A stretch of DNA of 37,259 nucleotides from Myxococcales bacterium (lineage in GTDB: Bacteria; Myxococcota_A; UBA9042): NCBI GenBank assembly GCA_002726535.1, contig PBTG01000069.1, positions 1 to 37,259 of the forward strand, given 5' to 3'. Position numbers and translations under genes: made by a program. The notes under the pieces were generated by a model. It had not been told where the DNA came from. It did no database searches and was given only the letters and a program-made list of their open reading frames with translations. This document shows, in pieces, positions 17,259-27,775 of this stretch. The first letter of the stretch is position 1; every line of letters starts with the position of its first letter.

Positions 17259-17340
17259 AGCTGTTCAATCGGTTGTGGTGCGCGATACACTTGGGACGGA
17301 CCATCGCCCTTGTCCAACCCCGAACCCCCATGAGTCCACC

Positions 17341-17835
17341 GTGAGCATCGACTACAACACAGAAGTGAGCACCATTGACGGTCAACACAAAGACCTCAGC
17401 GAATATAAAGGACAGTTTTTACTCGTGGTCAACGTCGCGAGCCAATGTGGTCTAACTCCCCAATATGGCGGCCTTCAGAAGCTCTACGAGCGTCTACAAG
17501 ATCACGGTTTTGTGGTCCTCGGGTTTCCTTGCAATCAGTTCGGTCAGCAGGAGCCTGGAGCCGATAGCGAGATCCAGCTCTTTTGCGAAACCCACTTTGG
17601 GGTCTCTTTTCCGATGTTTAGCAAGGTCAAGGTCAACGGCCCAAACACGCACCCTTTGTGGCGCCAACTCAAAAGCCAAGCGCCAGGTCTGATGGGCAGT
17701 CGAACTGTGAAATGGAACTTCACCAAATTCCTCGTGAGTCCTGAGGGAGAGGTAATGAAACGGTACTCTCCGCAAACATCGGCCGAACAAATCCTCAACG
17801 AGTTGCAAGAGTTGCTCGATGAACCGCAGTCCTGA
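17341..17835 (+). CDS. gpx: Glutathione peroxidase family (Cys-type)
   Basis: Motifs are LLVVNVASQCGLTPQY (peroxidatic Cys), LGFPCNQFGQQEPG and VKWNFTKFLV. The start is uncertain. By length comparison with family members I prefer GTG 17341 (MSIDYNTEVSTIDGQ...); the track starts at GTG 17275. Confidence 0.88.
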   Translation: MSIDYNTEVSTIDGQHKDLSEYKGQFLLVVNVASQCGLTPQYGGLQKLYERLQDHGFVVLGFPCNQFGQQEPGADSEIQLFCETHFGVSFPMFSKVKVNGPNTHPLWRQLKSQAPGLMGSRTVKWNFTKFLVSPEGEVMKRYSPQTSAEQILNELQELLDEPQS

Positions 17836-17939
17836 TCGAAGACTTCTCCAACCATGAACCAACACGTCCCATACGCCCGTTGGCGTCGGGTCAAAATCAA
17901 AGAACATCTGAGCACCAAAGGCTCTGCTAGTCGAGGTTG

Positions 17940-20093
17940 ATGACCATGGAATTGCGAGCGTTCGCAGAGGAGATCTTGTTGGTACCCAGCTTGTCCGCCA
18001 AGCTCACCGACGGCGGCCGCTTGACTGACAAAGCTCCCGGCGAACCCAAGCGCGTCGATGAGCCGGCCAGACCCGCCCATCTATCGCTGCGCTCGGAGCG
18101 CAAACCACCGTCTTTTCCGAGCGCGAACCAACTTCACGACCCAGAGGCGCGTGCACGGGCCCTGCACACCTTCGCCAACCATGAGCTTTTGGCACTCGAA
18201 CTTCTAGCCTTGATGTTGCTGCGATTTCCTGACGCGCCCAAGGGTTATCGAATGAGTCTCGCCGCAACCATGCTCGATGAGCAACGCCACTTGCGTCTGT
18301 ATCTGCAGCGCATGAAAGAGTTGGGAGTCGAGTTTGGCGACTATGGCTTGAGCGCGTTTTTCTGGGACGCACTGGCAGAGGTCCCTTCAGCCGCGAGTTT
18401 TGCCGCGGCGATGGGGATGACTCTTGAGCAGGCGAACTTGGACTTTTCGAGGCACTTTTCCCGGGCGTTCGAAGCATCAGGAGATCACCGATCAGCGGCG
18501 ATCTTGCGACAGATTTACCAAGATGAAATCGGCCATTTGCGACAGGGGCGGCGCTGGTTTGATCGGCTCAATGAGGTGCCACTTAAAGAAGCGGACGAAA
18601 CCCTCTATGCGCGATGGGCTCAAGCCCTTCACCCGCCGATGACTCCCGCTCGAGGGCGAGGAATCGAGTTTGACGATGAAGGTCGTCGTAAAGCGGGCCT
18701 GCCTGCGAACTTCATCGAAGAGGTGGCCCTCGCTCGTCACAGCCGTGGACGTCCACCAGTTGTGTACTGGATGAACCCAGCCTGTGAGCTGCGAATGGCC
18801 CATCCAGGGCCCTTGCCTCAAGCCGCACTGACTTTGGAGCGAGACCTACAGAGCTTACCGGTCAGCTGGGCCAAAGCCGATGATGTGGTCTTGGTGCGCT
18901 CGAAACCTCCTTTGGATCTACAACGACGATGGGTTGGAGCCGGCCTTGAGTTGCCGCAGTGGGAAGTGCTCACCGATGACCAACAGATTGCCGCCTCGCT
19001 GCTCGACAGGCTCATCGCGGATATCAGACCTTGGGCGTGGGACTCCGAGGCTCGTCAACTCCTCGCGCCGCTCATCGACAACGTCGGCCACCCACAAAGT
19101 CAGGCCAACGATACCCTCATCGAACCTGTCGCGATGCAGCGACGACTCGAACTCCATCGGAAAGACAAGTGGCAGCGACTCACTGAGCAATTTTGTGGCC
19201 CAGAGCATACGCCGCACGTCTGCACCGCTATCGAAGAGCTGCAACACTATGTGGCCAATCACAGTCATACGCCGCTGATTGCCAAAGCCCCTTTAGGCAG
19301 CGCAGGTCGAGGTGCGCTGCGAATCCCACGCCGGCAGATGAGCGAGCCTTTGACTCAGCCAGAGCAAAGATGGCTCACGCGAACCCTTCAAAGACAAGGC
19401 AGCGTCGTCATCGGTCCTTGGTTGCCTCGAGTGGTAGACCTGAGCGTGTTGCTCAAAGTCGGCGTCGATGGACAGGTCGATGTGCGAGGTGTAAGTCGCT
19501 TTTTCACCGACGCCAGGGGACAATATAGTGCGACCGTTTTGGGTCCCGCTACCGTCGGTCTTGAGTCCAAAGTGCGCGCGTTTTGGCACGGTGGCAGCGA
19601 CCGTCAGCAAAGCGTCTTGGCACGTCTAAGCACGGTCGCCCAGCAGGTCGGCGAAGAGCTTTATGAAGCAGGGTTTTGTGGTCTCGCCGGAGTCGACGCG
19701 TTGATATGGCGGGATGAAACTCTGAGGCTCCTGCCTCTGTTAGAGGTGAACCCCAGACGCACCATGGGTCACGTCGCTTTGGATCTACAGAGAAACATGG
19801 CCGCCGGTCACAGCGGACTGCTGTTAATGCTCGGCCGCCCAGCCCTACGTGCGTTAGGGGTGTCGAGTCTCAATGAGGGCTACCAGGTGTTGACCGAGCG
19901 CGTCGGCCCCCTGCAGACCAACAGCGCGGGTAAGCTGAGCAAGGGTGTTGTTGCGCTGGCGGATCCGACTCAAGCGCAATTGAGTTTGCCTCTATGGGTT
20001 GTCTGTCAGCGGGCGCCTGCCCTGATCGAAGCGATGAGGCCCTTAAACCTGCCATGGAGCGGCGCGCACCCCTCGCCCTTCGAGCAACTGTGA
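17940..20093 (+). CDS. Fusion protein: N-terminal DUF455 ferritin-like (MiaE-like di-iron) domain plus C-terminal ATP-grasp-like ligase domain
   Basis: The start is ATG 17940 or 17946, after GAGG at 17933-17936. DUF455-type motifs are ALHTFANHELLALELLALMLLRF, DEQRHLRLYLQRMKELGVEFGDYG and ILRQIYQDEIGHLRQGRRWF. ATP-grasp-type motifs are LIAKAPLGSAGRG (nt 19281-19313) and LLEVNPRRTMGH (nt 19743-19763). Confidence 0.8.
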   Translation: MTMELRAFAEEILLVPSLSAKLTDGGRLTDKAPGEPKRVDEPARPAHLSLRSERKPPSFPSANQLHDPEARARALHTFANHELLALELLALMLLRFPDAPKGYRMSLAATMLDEQRHLRLYLQRMKELGVEFGDYGLSAFFWDALAEVPSAASFAAAMGMTLEQANLDFSRHFSRAFEASGDHRSAAILRQIYQDEIGHLRQGRRWFDRLNEVPLKEADETLYARWAQALHPPMTPARGRGIEFDDEGRRKAGLPANFIEEVALARHSRGRPPVVYWMNPACELRMAHPGPLPQAALTLERDLQSLPVSWAKADDVVLVRSKPPLDLQRRWVGAGLELPQWEVLTDDQQIAASLLDRLIADIRPWAWDSEARQLLAPLIDNVGHPQSQANDTLIEPVAMQRRLELHRKDKWQRLTEQFCGPEHTPHVCTAIEELQHYVANHSHTPLIAKAPLGSAGRGALRIPRRQMSEPLTQPEQRWLTRTLQRQGSVVIGPWLPRVVDLSVLLKVGVDGQVDVRGVSRFFTDARGQYSATVLGPATVGLESKVRAFWHGGSDRQQSVLARLSTVAQQVGEELYEAGFCGLAGVDALIWRDETLRLLPLLEVNPRRTMGHVALDLQRNMAAGHSGLLLMLGRPALRALGVSSLNEGYQVLTERVGPLQTNSAGKLSKGVVALADPTQAQLSLPLWVVCQRAPALIEAMRPLNLPWSGAHPSPFEQL

Positions 20094-20195
20094 CCTGAGT
20101 TGCAAATCCTTCGATATTTGTCCTGACTGAGTCGAATTTCACGGCGCTTTGCACTACAATCAGTGCGTTCGAAGCCATCCGGGAGAGCTGCCTCT

Positions 20196-23100
20196 ATGCC
20201 ATTGGTGATCTATCGTAGCCATCGGACCGAACGCCTGGCCCGAGCCCTGAGCCGACACTTATCCACAAGCACCTTCGACCCCTTCGATACGCTAAGGGTT
20301 GTGGTGGGAAGTCGCGGCATGGAGCAGTGGCTTCGGCAACAGTTCGCGAGCCACAATGGAATCTGTGCTCAAGTACGTTTTCCTTTCCCACGACAGGCAA
20401 TTGATGAAGCCATCGGATTGTCCGACGCGTTGTATGGCCCCGAGGGTGTGGTGCGCGATCAACGTCATCTTATCGGCCTGGTCATCAAAGCGATGCGTCA
20501 GATTCGAGACAAAGCCGAGTTGCAGCAGGGACTGAGCCTGGTCAACAGCTACATCGGCCAGAGCACCGATGCCAGTGAGCCCGTCAATGCGCTTGAGTTG
20601 ACGCTGGCAACCGAGATCGCTGAAGAACTCGACGCTTTAATCCGCAAGCGACCCGATGTCGCAAGTGCCTTTGTCCACTCCGAATACCCTGAGGGTGGTT
20701 GGTTTGGAGCGCTGACACGAGAGCTGCTCGGAGACATCGATCCATGGCAAGTCCGGCTGCAAAGATGGCAGCAGATTTGTTGCGGCGAATCATGCCAACG
20801 AGGACACCTGCACGTTTTTGGACTTTCCGCGCTCGGCGGCGATGACCTCACCCAACTCGGTATGCTCGCGAAGATGCCCGACTTTGTGGTGTCGCTGTAC
20901 TTGCTGCAGCCTTCTCCGATGTCCACGGCGGACGAGGCGACGGCCGCTGGTGTCTTTCACTCCCTGAGCAAAGAGCTGCGCAAAGGGCTGGTCAACGCCA
21001 TCACCATCTCAGACCAAGAGGCGGCCCTGGCCTTGGTCCACGAGCAAAACCATCCACTCTTGGCTGGTTTCGGTCGCCTCAACGCTGACAGTGAACGGCT
21101 GCTTGGCGGTATTGTCGAAGCCTTGGAGCTTGAGGTCTACGAGCACGAGCTTTTTGATGGCGCTGGTCACACCGATATTGACGACCGATCTCAAAGTGTA
21201 CTGAGCCGTCTACAGCAGGGTCTATTGCAAGCCTCACAGTTGCCCTCATTGCCTTTGATGGACGACGACAGAAGCGTGACCTTTCACCCTTGTTTTGGAC
21301 CAACGCGACAGGTGGAGATGCTGCGCGATCTAATCGAGCACGCTTTCGCGAGTCACGATGGTGGCAGCCCGTTGATGCCTCGAGATGTGCTGGTCATGAC
21401 GCCGGACATCCCCACTTTTGGTCCTCTCGTAGAGGCAGTCTTTAGTCGTCATCCAGCCATCGCCGTACAGGTGAGTGACCTGGCTCTGCAAGCCAACAAC
21501 CCCTTCGCAAGAGCTTTGAGTACCCTATTGAGTATCGCCAACGATCGCATGACTTTGTCCATTGCGATGGAATTGATGGAGATCTCTGTCGTTCAAGCTC
21601 AGTTTGGATTGAACGACCAAGAGGTCCAACGCGCTGCAGACCTACTGACGGACGCTGGCGCACGGTGGGGGTTTGACGCAGACGACCGCACACGAGCAGG
21701 GCAACCTAGCCAGCATCAACACACCATCGATTTCGCACTTGAGCGCCTTGTGCTGGGCTCGATGTGTAGCGATGAGATGCACGTCATCACATCGGGTCAT
21801 CCAACGACACCCCACCTCCATGCACCGATGGCGCGGAGCGGGTTGGAAGAGGGTCCGTTAATCGGCAAAATTGTGCGCGTACTCGAAACCATCCGTTGGC
21901 ATGTGGCAGAGATTCGCAAGGGACCGAGGCCCGCTCAACAGTGGCTGAGTCTGTGCCTCAACGCTTTGGATGAATTGACGGCTGTTGGCGACAGACAAGG
22001 GTGGCTCTGGACTCAAACGGTCGACGCGATTGAAGGGATGCTGCCGGAGATCGACGACGTTGAGCTGAGCTTCGATGCGCTGCAACAGACCATCAAAACC
22101 CAATTTGACCGTGGCTCTGGCGGTGGACGTCCAATCGCTGGCGCGGTGACCCTGTGCGCCATGGAGCCCATGCGTAGCGTTCCTTTTCGTGTGATCGCAT
22201 TGTTGGGGATGGATGATGGGGCATTTCCTCGAGCGCATATTGGGCGTGCCTGGAGCCCGATGGAGGGATCAACGCGACTCGGCGAGCATCAACGACGAGA
22301 TGTCGACCTACACCTCATGATCGAAGCCGTGTTGAGCGCTAGGCAACGATTGATGGTGTTGTGGTCTGGTCATGATCCACAGACAGGGACGGAACTGCCC
22401 CCAGCTTCGCCCATAAACGTCCTGCGTGAGGCCGTCGACAACGCTATGCACGCCGATACCGAGCACATTTCGGCCAGTGACGCTTTGAGCTTTGCGAGCA
22501 CCTTGCACCCATGGGCCAAGGACAATCACACGAGCATCGGTCGACAGTATCGTCCCGAGCAGCCCCTATCTTTCGAGCCATCACTGAGCGCCGCGGAGAG
22601 CGACAATCTCGCCAAACCAGGACTTGAATTCGGTCAAACGCCGGTGCGAGAGACACAAATCGATACGCAATCACTCGCCAAAGTTTTACAAAATGGCGCG
22701 CGCGCGCTGCTTCGCAATCGCGTGGGGATTCGAGACCCTTGGCTTCAGACAGGCCGTGAAGACCGCGAACCCTTTTCATTGGGCTCACAGCATGACTCGT
22801 TGGCAATCGAACTCGCAGAGCAATTGTTAGTCGCGCCCGCGACGGACCAGCAGGCCTTGATCCAACATCATTTTGATGTGGCGAACGCGAGCGGCTATTT
22901 GCCTCATGGCGCGGCCGCACAAAGCGCTTGGCAACAAGTGACCAATAGCGCAGCCCAGTTCATCGAAGCTCGAGACAAGGTTTTTGCGGATTGTCATGTG
23001 ACGAGCGAATCCGCGGTGCGTAGTCGTGTCCAAGTCTCGCGACGACAAGGCCAATTTGGCATGATTACGTCTCGCGAGACGCGGCTTGACCAGTGCTCTA

Positions 23101-23741
23101 TGTCGGGCTCGCAGACCAAGACAATCCTCTGGCGTGTGATAGGAAAAAAATGGTCTGACAGAGCGCTTGGCCGCTGCTGGCTCGACTTGTTGGTCTTCGC
23201 GGCCAGCCGTCGTGGCGACGACAGGATCGATGGATTGCTTGTGAGCGATGCTAAATCGACGATTTGGCTCAAAGCTCCAACTCAAGCGAAGGCATCAGAG
23301 CTGTTGGAAAACGCGCTTGAAATCTACGATTTATGTCACGACAAGCCCGTCGCTCTCTTTCCCGTCGCTTCTTCAACCTTAGCCAGGAAACTCATTGAGG
23401 TTCACCCGTGGACGACGGGACCGGTCGAATCGGTGATCGACGGCATCATCGAGTCCTGGGCGACAGAGCCCGATTGGCGCCGACGAAAGTTGATTCGAGA
23501 TATTCGAACCGCCTTTGTCGGCAATTCACGAAGCTCATTTTTCGACCTGGCCGAAGCATCAGTCAGGCGATGTTTTGACTTAGAGGATTTCGACCGCGCC
23601 CTACCGGAGTCAGGACCTATCGATCCGCAGGGATGGATGCGGATGGCGCTCCGCGTCTGGGGCGAAGCGATAAATGCGGGAAGCAAGGTTTCGTCAAAAA
23701 ATCTGCAAGGGTTTGTCAAAGCCTCGATGGAGGCAACATGA
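20196..23741 (+). CDS. recC: Exodeoxyribonuclease V gamma subunit RecC
   Basis: The N-terminus MPLVIYRSHRTERLARAL...VVVGSRGMEQWLRQQFA parallels E. coli RecC (MLRVYHSNRLDVL...VQSTGMAQWLQ). Length is 1181 aa. GGGAGAG at 20181-20187 precedes the ATG. The stop overlaps the recB start. Confidence 0.93.
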   Translation: MPLVIYRSHRTERLARALSRHLSTSTFDPFDTLRVVVGSRGMEQWLRQQFASHNGICAQVRFPFPRQAIDEAIGLSDALYGPEGVVRDQRHLIGLVIKAMRQIRDKAELQQGLSLVNSYIGQSTDASEPVNALELTLATEIAEELDALIRKRPDVASAFVHSEYPEGGWFGALTRELLGDIDPWQVRLQRWQQICCGESCQRGHLHVFGLSALGGDDLTQLGMLAKMPDFVVSLYLLQPSPMSTADEATAAGVFHSLSKELRKGLVNAITISDQEAALALVHEQNHPLLAGFGRLNADSERLLGGIVEALELEVYEHELFDGAGHTDIDDRSQSVLSRLQQGLLQASQLPSLPLMDDDRSVTFHPCFGPTRQVEMLRDLIEHAFASHDGGSPLMPRDVLVMTPDIPTFGPLVEAVFSRHPAIAVQVSDLALQANNPFARALSTLLSIANDRMTLSIAMELMEISVVQAQFGLNDQEVQRAADLLTDAGARWGFDADDRTRAGQPSQHQHTIDFALERLVLGSMCSDEMHVITSGHPTTPHLHAPMARSGLEEGPLIGKIVRVLETIRWHVAEIRKGPRPAQQWLSLCLNALDELTAVGDRQGWLWTQTVDAIEGMLPEIDDVELSFDALQQTIKTQFDRGSGGGRPIAGAVTLCAMEPMRSVPFRVIALLGMDDGAFPRAHIGRAWSPMEGSTRLGEHQRRDVDLHLMIEAVLSARQRLMVLWSGHDPQTGTELPPASPINVLREAVDNAMHADTEHISASDALSFASTLHPWAKDNHTSIGRQYRPEQPLSFEPSLSAAESDNLAKPGLEFGQTPVRETQIDTQSLAKVLQNGARALLRNRVGIRDPWLQTGREDREPFSLGSQHDSLAIELAEQLLVAPATDQQALIQHHFDVANASGYLPHGAAAQSAWQQVTNSAAQFIEARDKVFADCHVTSESAVRSRVQVSRRQGQFGMITSRETRLDQCSMSGSQTKTILWRVIGKKWSDRALGRCWLDLLVFAASRRGDDRIDGLLVSDAKSTIWLKAPTQAKASELLENALEIYDLCHDKPVALFPVASSTLARKLIEVHPWTTGPVESVIDGIIESWATEPDWRRRKLIRDIRTAFVGNSRSSFFDLAEASVRRCFDLEDFDRALPESGPIDPQGWMRMALRVWGEAINAGSKVSSKNLQGFVKASMEAT

Positions 23742-26700
23742 GGACGTGGGATCCCAAATCGCCTCTGCCGCACCGTGGTACATGGCTACTAGAAGCGAGC
23801 GCTGGTACGGGCAAGACGTGGCAACTTGCTAGTTTAGTCTGTCGTTTGGTCATCGCTGAGCGAATCCCGATCGAAAAGATCTTGGTCTTGACCTTTACCA
23901 ACGCCGCCACAGCAGAGTTGACTGAGCGAGTCCGTCAGCGATTGATCGAAGCGATACAAGCACTCGATCAAGCCATCGAGACAGGTGTCATTTCACAGGA
24001 CCCTGTGCTGGCGTCTCTATGCGCTACGGTTAGTGATCTCCGAACGCAAGATGAGCTTCGACTACGCAGGCTCTTAGGACAGGCTGCTGTCGCACATTTC
24101 GACCGGGCGACCATCTTTACGATTCACGGCTACTGCCAACGCGCGTTGACACAGATGCCCCTTGAGACCGGGCAACCGACAGATTTGACGCTCACCGCTG
24201 AGATGCGTGAAGTCTACGATTACGTCAGCGCAGATATCCGTTCACAAGCACACAGCCATCTCAGCGTCGAACAACTCAACTGGGTTGCGCCCTTGCTCAA
24301 CGAGCTGACGTATTGGGTCAAGCAAGCCGATACGGCTCGGGGCATGGATTTGCGGCCCTCGCCCACGGACGACAATTTGGTCGATGCAGTCCGACGTCTG
24401 TGGGCAGGATCAGACGCTATCCGCACATTTTGGAGCGACCATGGCGGTGGTCAGCAGATGCTGCAAGATCTCAAAGAGGCCTTCGAACAACACAAAGTTG
24501 AAAACAACAGAAAACGGTCGGTCGTCGTCTTTTCCATCCTGAAAAAAAATGTGGACGCCTGGGTCGCGGCGGGATGTCAGCTCTATCAGATGATCCCCAA
24601 GGCCATGGATTTCATACCCAAAAAATTGGGTAACATTTGGCCTGCCAGCGTCGAGGCCAAACTACAAGGCTCTGATGTTGCCCTTCCCGACAGCGTGATG
24701 CGCTGGCAAGAGCTCTTCGAACGTGAAGTGCCCAGTGTCGCCGCGGCGCTCATGGTCGAAGCGGGCAGACGTATCGATGCGCGCCTCAGCCAACTTCAAA
24801 GCACCAACTTTTCAACGCTTCTGAGCCGGTTGGCCAGTGCATTGGCGCCCGACAGCGACACGCACATGCCTCTCGCGAAGGCTTTACGTGCTCAGAGTTC
24901 TGTCGCTCTGGTGGATGAATTTCAGGACACTGACCCCGCCCAATGGACAATTTTGCGGACCCTGTTTCACGACCAACCGAATCATAGGCTCTGGCTAATT
25001 GGAGATCCGAAGCAGGCGATTTATGCTTTTCGAGGCGCAGATGTCTACGTGTATCTCCACGCCCGCAATCTGACACAATCTAATGCTGATCTCGGCTCGC
25101 CCGGCCGCTACACAATGAGCCGAAATTTTCGTTCAGATCAGCGCTTTGTCGAGGCGATGAACGCCTTGTGGTCCAAGAGTCCCCAAGGGTTTGGGCAACA
25201 AGAGATCGAGTACATCTCAGTCGATACGCCCAGCGGAACTCCACCATGGCGTCTACAGGGCATATCAACCGCGAAACAGAGCGCCGCAGACCCAAGCAAA
25301 CGCCATCCTATTGAGATTCGCTGGCTCCATGAGCGCGGCGACTGTGACGAAGATGAGGTGCTTTGGCCCTTTGCTTACAAGGAAGACGCGCACAGCGCGG
25401 CGGCACGATGCTGCGCTGAAGAGGTCCTGACCCTGCTCAATGACACGGCGCTCACGGACCATAGGGGCACGCCCCATGCCACAGAGCCGAAAGATATCGC
25501 CGTCCTGGTCTACAGTAAGATGCATGGCAAGCTGGTCAAGCAAGCGCTGCAACAACTGAATATCCACGCGGTGACGGGTGCCCAAGGCTCCGTATTTGCC
25601 AGCCCAGCGGCCGACTGGCTCCAGAGACTCATCGAAGCGTTGCATCAACCTCATGACCTGTCTCGCACCATGTCCTATGCATCCTGTCCGGTCGGGGGCT
25701 GGAGCTTACAACGGCTGGTGACCCTTCGAGAGGCTGGTCTTAGCGCGCCAAAACAGGACATAGAGCGATGGGATCAATGGCTCCATAGCCTGCGAATAAG
25801 CGCCTCGAAGTGGTATCGACAAGGAGTCTCCGGTGCCTTCGCGACGATGGCCAAATGGAGTTGTTTTCCCCAATCGCTTCTCACTCAACCCGACGGTGAG
25901 CGTCTGGCAACAGACCTGCGACACCTCGTTGAACTCTGCCACGAAATCCAGCGACAGCATCAGATGAGCCCGCAGCGCTTGTTGGCGTGGTTGAGCGAGC
26001 AACGCGACTCCCAAAGTGAACGGGACGCCACTAAGCTTCGGCTTGAGTCGCAAGCAAACGCGGTGCAAATCGTCACCATCCACAGTTCAAAGGGACTTCA
26101 GTATCCCATTGTCTTGGCGCCTTTTGTCTGGACTCTGACGCCTACAATCAGACCCAAAAGTGCTCAGCCCTATCATCCTAAGGATGCGCCGAACACCTGC
26201 ACAATCCATGTAGCGAACCCCTCTTTACCGGCATCGAAATCAGCCCGAGACCGTCACAAAATCGAGTTGCACCAAGAGCAAACTCGATTGCTTTACGTCG
26301 CGATGACTCGAGCGAAGCACCACTGCGTCATGTGGGCGACAAGCGCGGGCAAAGAAGCGGGCCGAGACGCAATGACCAGGTTGATGACGCAACCCGGCGA
26401 TGAACAAGAACGCAACGATCTACGCATGAGCGCTGTGAAAAGCAGTAGAGGTAAGGGCGCAAGCGACCAACAAGCAAAGCTACAAGCTGCACAAGCCGCT
26501 CGACGCGTCTTAACCCGGTGGAAAGAACGATTTGCCGACGCGAACCTCAACATCAAATCTCAGCATCCTCGATGGGATGCAAAGATGAGTTGGTCGCCCC
26601 GGACGCCGCTTGGCAACCCGAAGGTGTCACATGCAAAGCGGTCGCGGCGCTTTGACCGTTGGTCCAAAGCCAGCTTTAGCAGTCTGAGCGGCACCATCCG

Positions 26701-27775
26701 TGGTGAAATTGACCTCGAGATGGTCTCTGTTGGGGCGGAGCAGGACAGATTGCGAGGCGGTCATGACCAACGCGAGGTCGCAACGAGACCGACGATCAAC
26801 GAGCCGCAAGGTCTCCCAGAGGAAAGTCTTTTAACGATGAACGCAGGACCACAGGTTGGTGTTTGGATCCATGCCATCTTGGAACACATCGACTTTGTCG
26901 GCGCAGACGACCCGGCAGATGCTCTACCGATTCCAAAGCCTGACGCTCCGGCAGCAGATCTGCCGAGCCTAGTCACTCGATTGGGCGCCCAACATAGCCA
27001 CACCAACCCCCAGGACCACCAACGGGTGATGAGCAGTCTTGGCGGGCTGCTCAAAACATCGCTTTATGATGATTGTGCTCCCAACGATTGGGGGCTGCCC
27101 AAAACGTTTTGTCTGGCTGACATCGCCGCGAACGATCGGCTCGATGAGCTTCGTTTTGACCTGGGCATCGCGAGTTCTGATGGACAAGTGGGCACTGAGA
27201 ACAATCAAGCGCTGGGATTTGATGTCGAGCGATTCATCTCGGCATTGAGGGCTGAGTCAGAGCGATATCCAGACGATTCACCGACGCATCGATGGTTGGT
27301 GAGCTTCACCGATGACCAAGGAGCCAAAGCCCTGCGCAATACATTGAGCGGCCTGACGGGGATTCTCACTGGCATCGTCGATCTGGTGTTTCGATATCGC
27401 GATTCACAAGGCTCGTTGCGTTATTACATCGCTGACTACAAGAGCAATCGTCTGCACTCATCCACAGAGAACCAATTGAGCAGGGCGCTCGCTGCCTATG
27501 AGCGGCCTCAGCTTGCAGGCGTGATGGCAGAGCATGACTATTACCTTCAGAGCCTGCTCTACACGGTCGCGCTTCATCGACTGCTCAAAGAGCGGCTACC
27601 TGAATATGACTATGCTAGTCACTTCGGTGGCCATCTGTACCTCTTCATTCGAGTCTTTGGCCAGCACCAAACCGGCGAGAACGAAGGCTCGCTGGGCGTA
27701 TTTCATGACCGATGGTCGCGCCCCTTGATTCAAGCGGTTGATGAGGCGCTCACGGGTCGAGGAGCTCCAAGATGA
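23738..27775 (+). CDS. recB: Exodeoxyribonuclease V beta subunit RecB (UvrD-like helicase plus PD-(D/E)XK nuclease)
   Basis: ATGA overlap with recC, and GGAGG at 23729-23733. Walker A is LLEASAGTGKTW. Other helicase motifs are LVDEFQDTDPAQW and FRGADV. The nuclease motif GIVDLVFRY...YYIADYKSNRL and HDYYLQSLLYTVALHRLL match the E. coli RecB C-terminal domain. Confidence 0.95.
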   Translation: MRTWDPKSPLPHRGTWLLEASAGTGKTWQLASLVCRLVIAERIPIEKILVLTFTNAATAELTERVRQRLIEAIQALDQAIETGVISQDPVLASLCATVSDLRTQDELRLRRLLGQAAVAHFDRATIFTIHGYCQRALTQMPLETGQPTDLTLTAEMREVYDYVSADIRSQAHSHLSVEQLNWVAPLLNELTYWVKQADTARGMDLRPSPTDDNLVDAVRRLWAGSDAIRTFWSDHGGGQQMLQDLKEAFEQHKVENNRKRSVVVFSILKKNVDAWVAAGCQLYQMIPKAMDFIPKKLGNIWPASVEAKLQGSDVALPDSVMRWQELFEREVPSVAAALMVEAGRRIDARLSQLQSTNFSTLLSRLASALAPDSDTHMPLAKALRAQSSVALVDEFQDTDPAQWTILRTLFHDQPNHRLWLIGDPKQAIYAFRGADVYVYLHARNLTQSNADLGSPGRYTMSRNFRSDQRFVEAMNALWSKSPQGFGQQEIEYISVDTPSGTPPWRLQGISTAKQSAADPSKRHPIEIRWLHERGDCDEDEVLWPFAYKEDAHSAAARCCAEEVLTLLNDTALTDHRGTPHATEPKDIAVLVYSKMHGKLVKQALQQLNIHAVTGAQGSVFASPAADWLQRLIEALHQPHDLSRTMSYASCPVGGWSLQRLVTLREAGLSAPKQDIERWDQWLHSLRISASKWYRQGVSGAFATMAKWSCFPQSLLTQPDGERLATDLRHLVELCHEIQRQHQMSPQRLLAWLSEQRDSQSERDATKLRLESQANAVQIVTIHSSKGLQYPIVLAPFVWTLTPTIRPKSAQPYHPKDAPNTCTIHVANPSLPASKSARDRHKIELHQEQTRLLYVAMTRAKHHCVMWATSAGKEAGRDAMTRLMTQPGDEQERNDLRMSAVKSSRGKGASDQQAKLQAAQAARRVLTRWKERFADANLNIKSQHPRWDAKMSWSPRTPLGNPKVSHAKRSRRFDRWSKASFSSLSGTIRGEIDLEMVSVGAEQDRLRGGHDQREVATRPTINEPQGLPEESLLTMNAGPQVGVWIHAILEHIDFVGADDPADALPIPKPDAPAADLPSLVTRLGAQHSHTNPQDHQRVMSSLGGLLKTSLYDDCAPNDWGLPKTFCLADIAANDRLDELRFDLGIASSDGQVGTENNQALGFDVERFISALRAESERYPDDSPTHRWLVSFTDDQGAKALRNTLSGLTGILTGIVDLVFRYRDSQGSLRYYIADYKSNRLHSSTENQLSRALAAYERPQLAGVMAEHDYYLQSLLYTVALHRLLKERLPEYDYASHFGGHLYLFIRVFGQHQTGENEGSLGVFHDRWSRPLIQAVDEALTGRGAPR

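Noticed and set aside
20132-20160. Possible recC promoter: TACAAT at 20155-20160 with TCGAAT 17 nt upstream.
   Set aside because: The -35 element matches only 3 of 6 positions and there is no other support. This is too weak to annotate as a feature.
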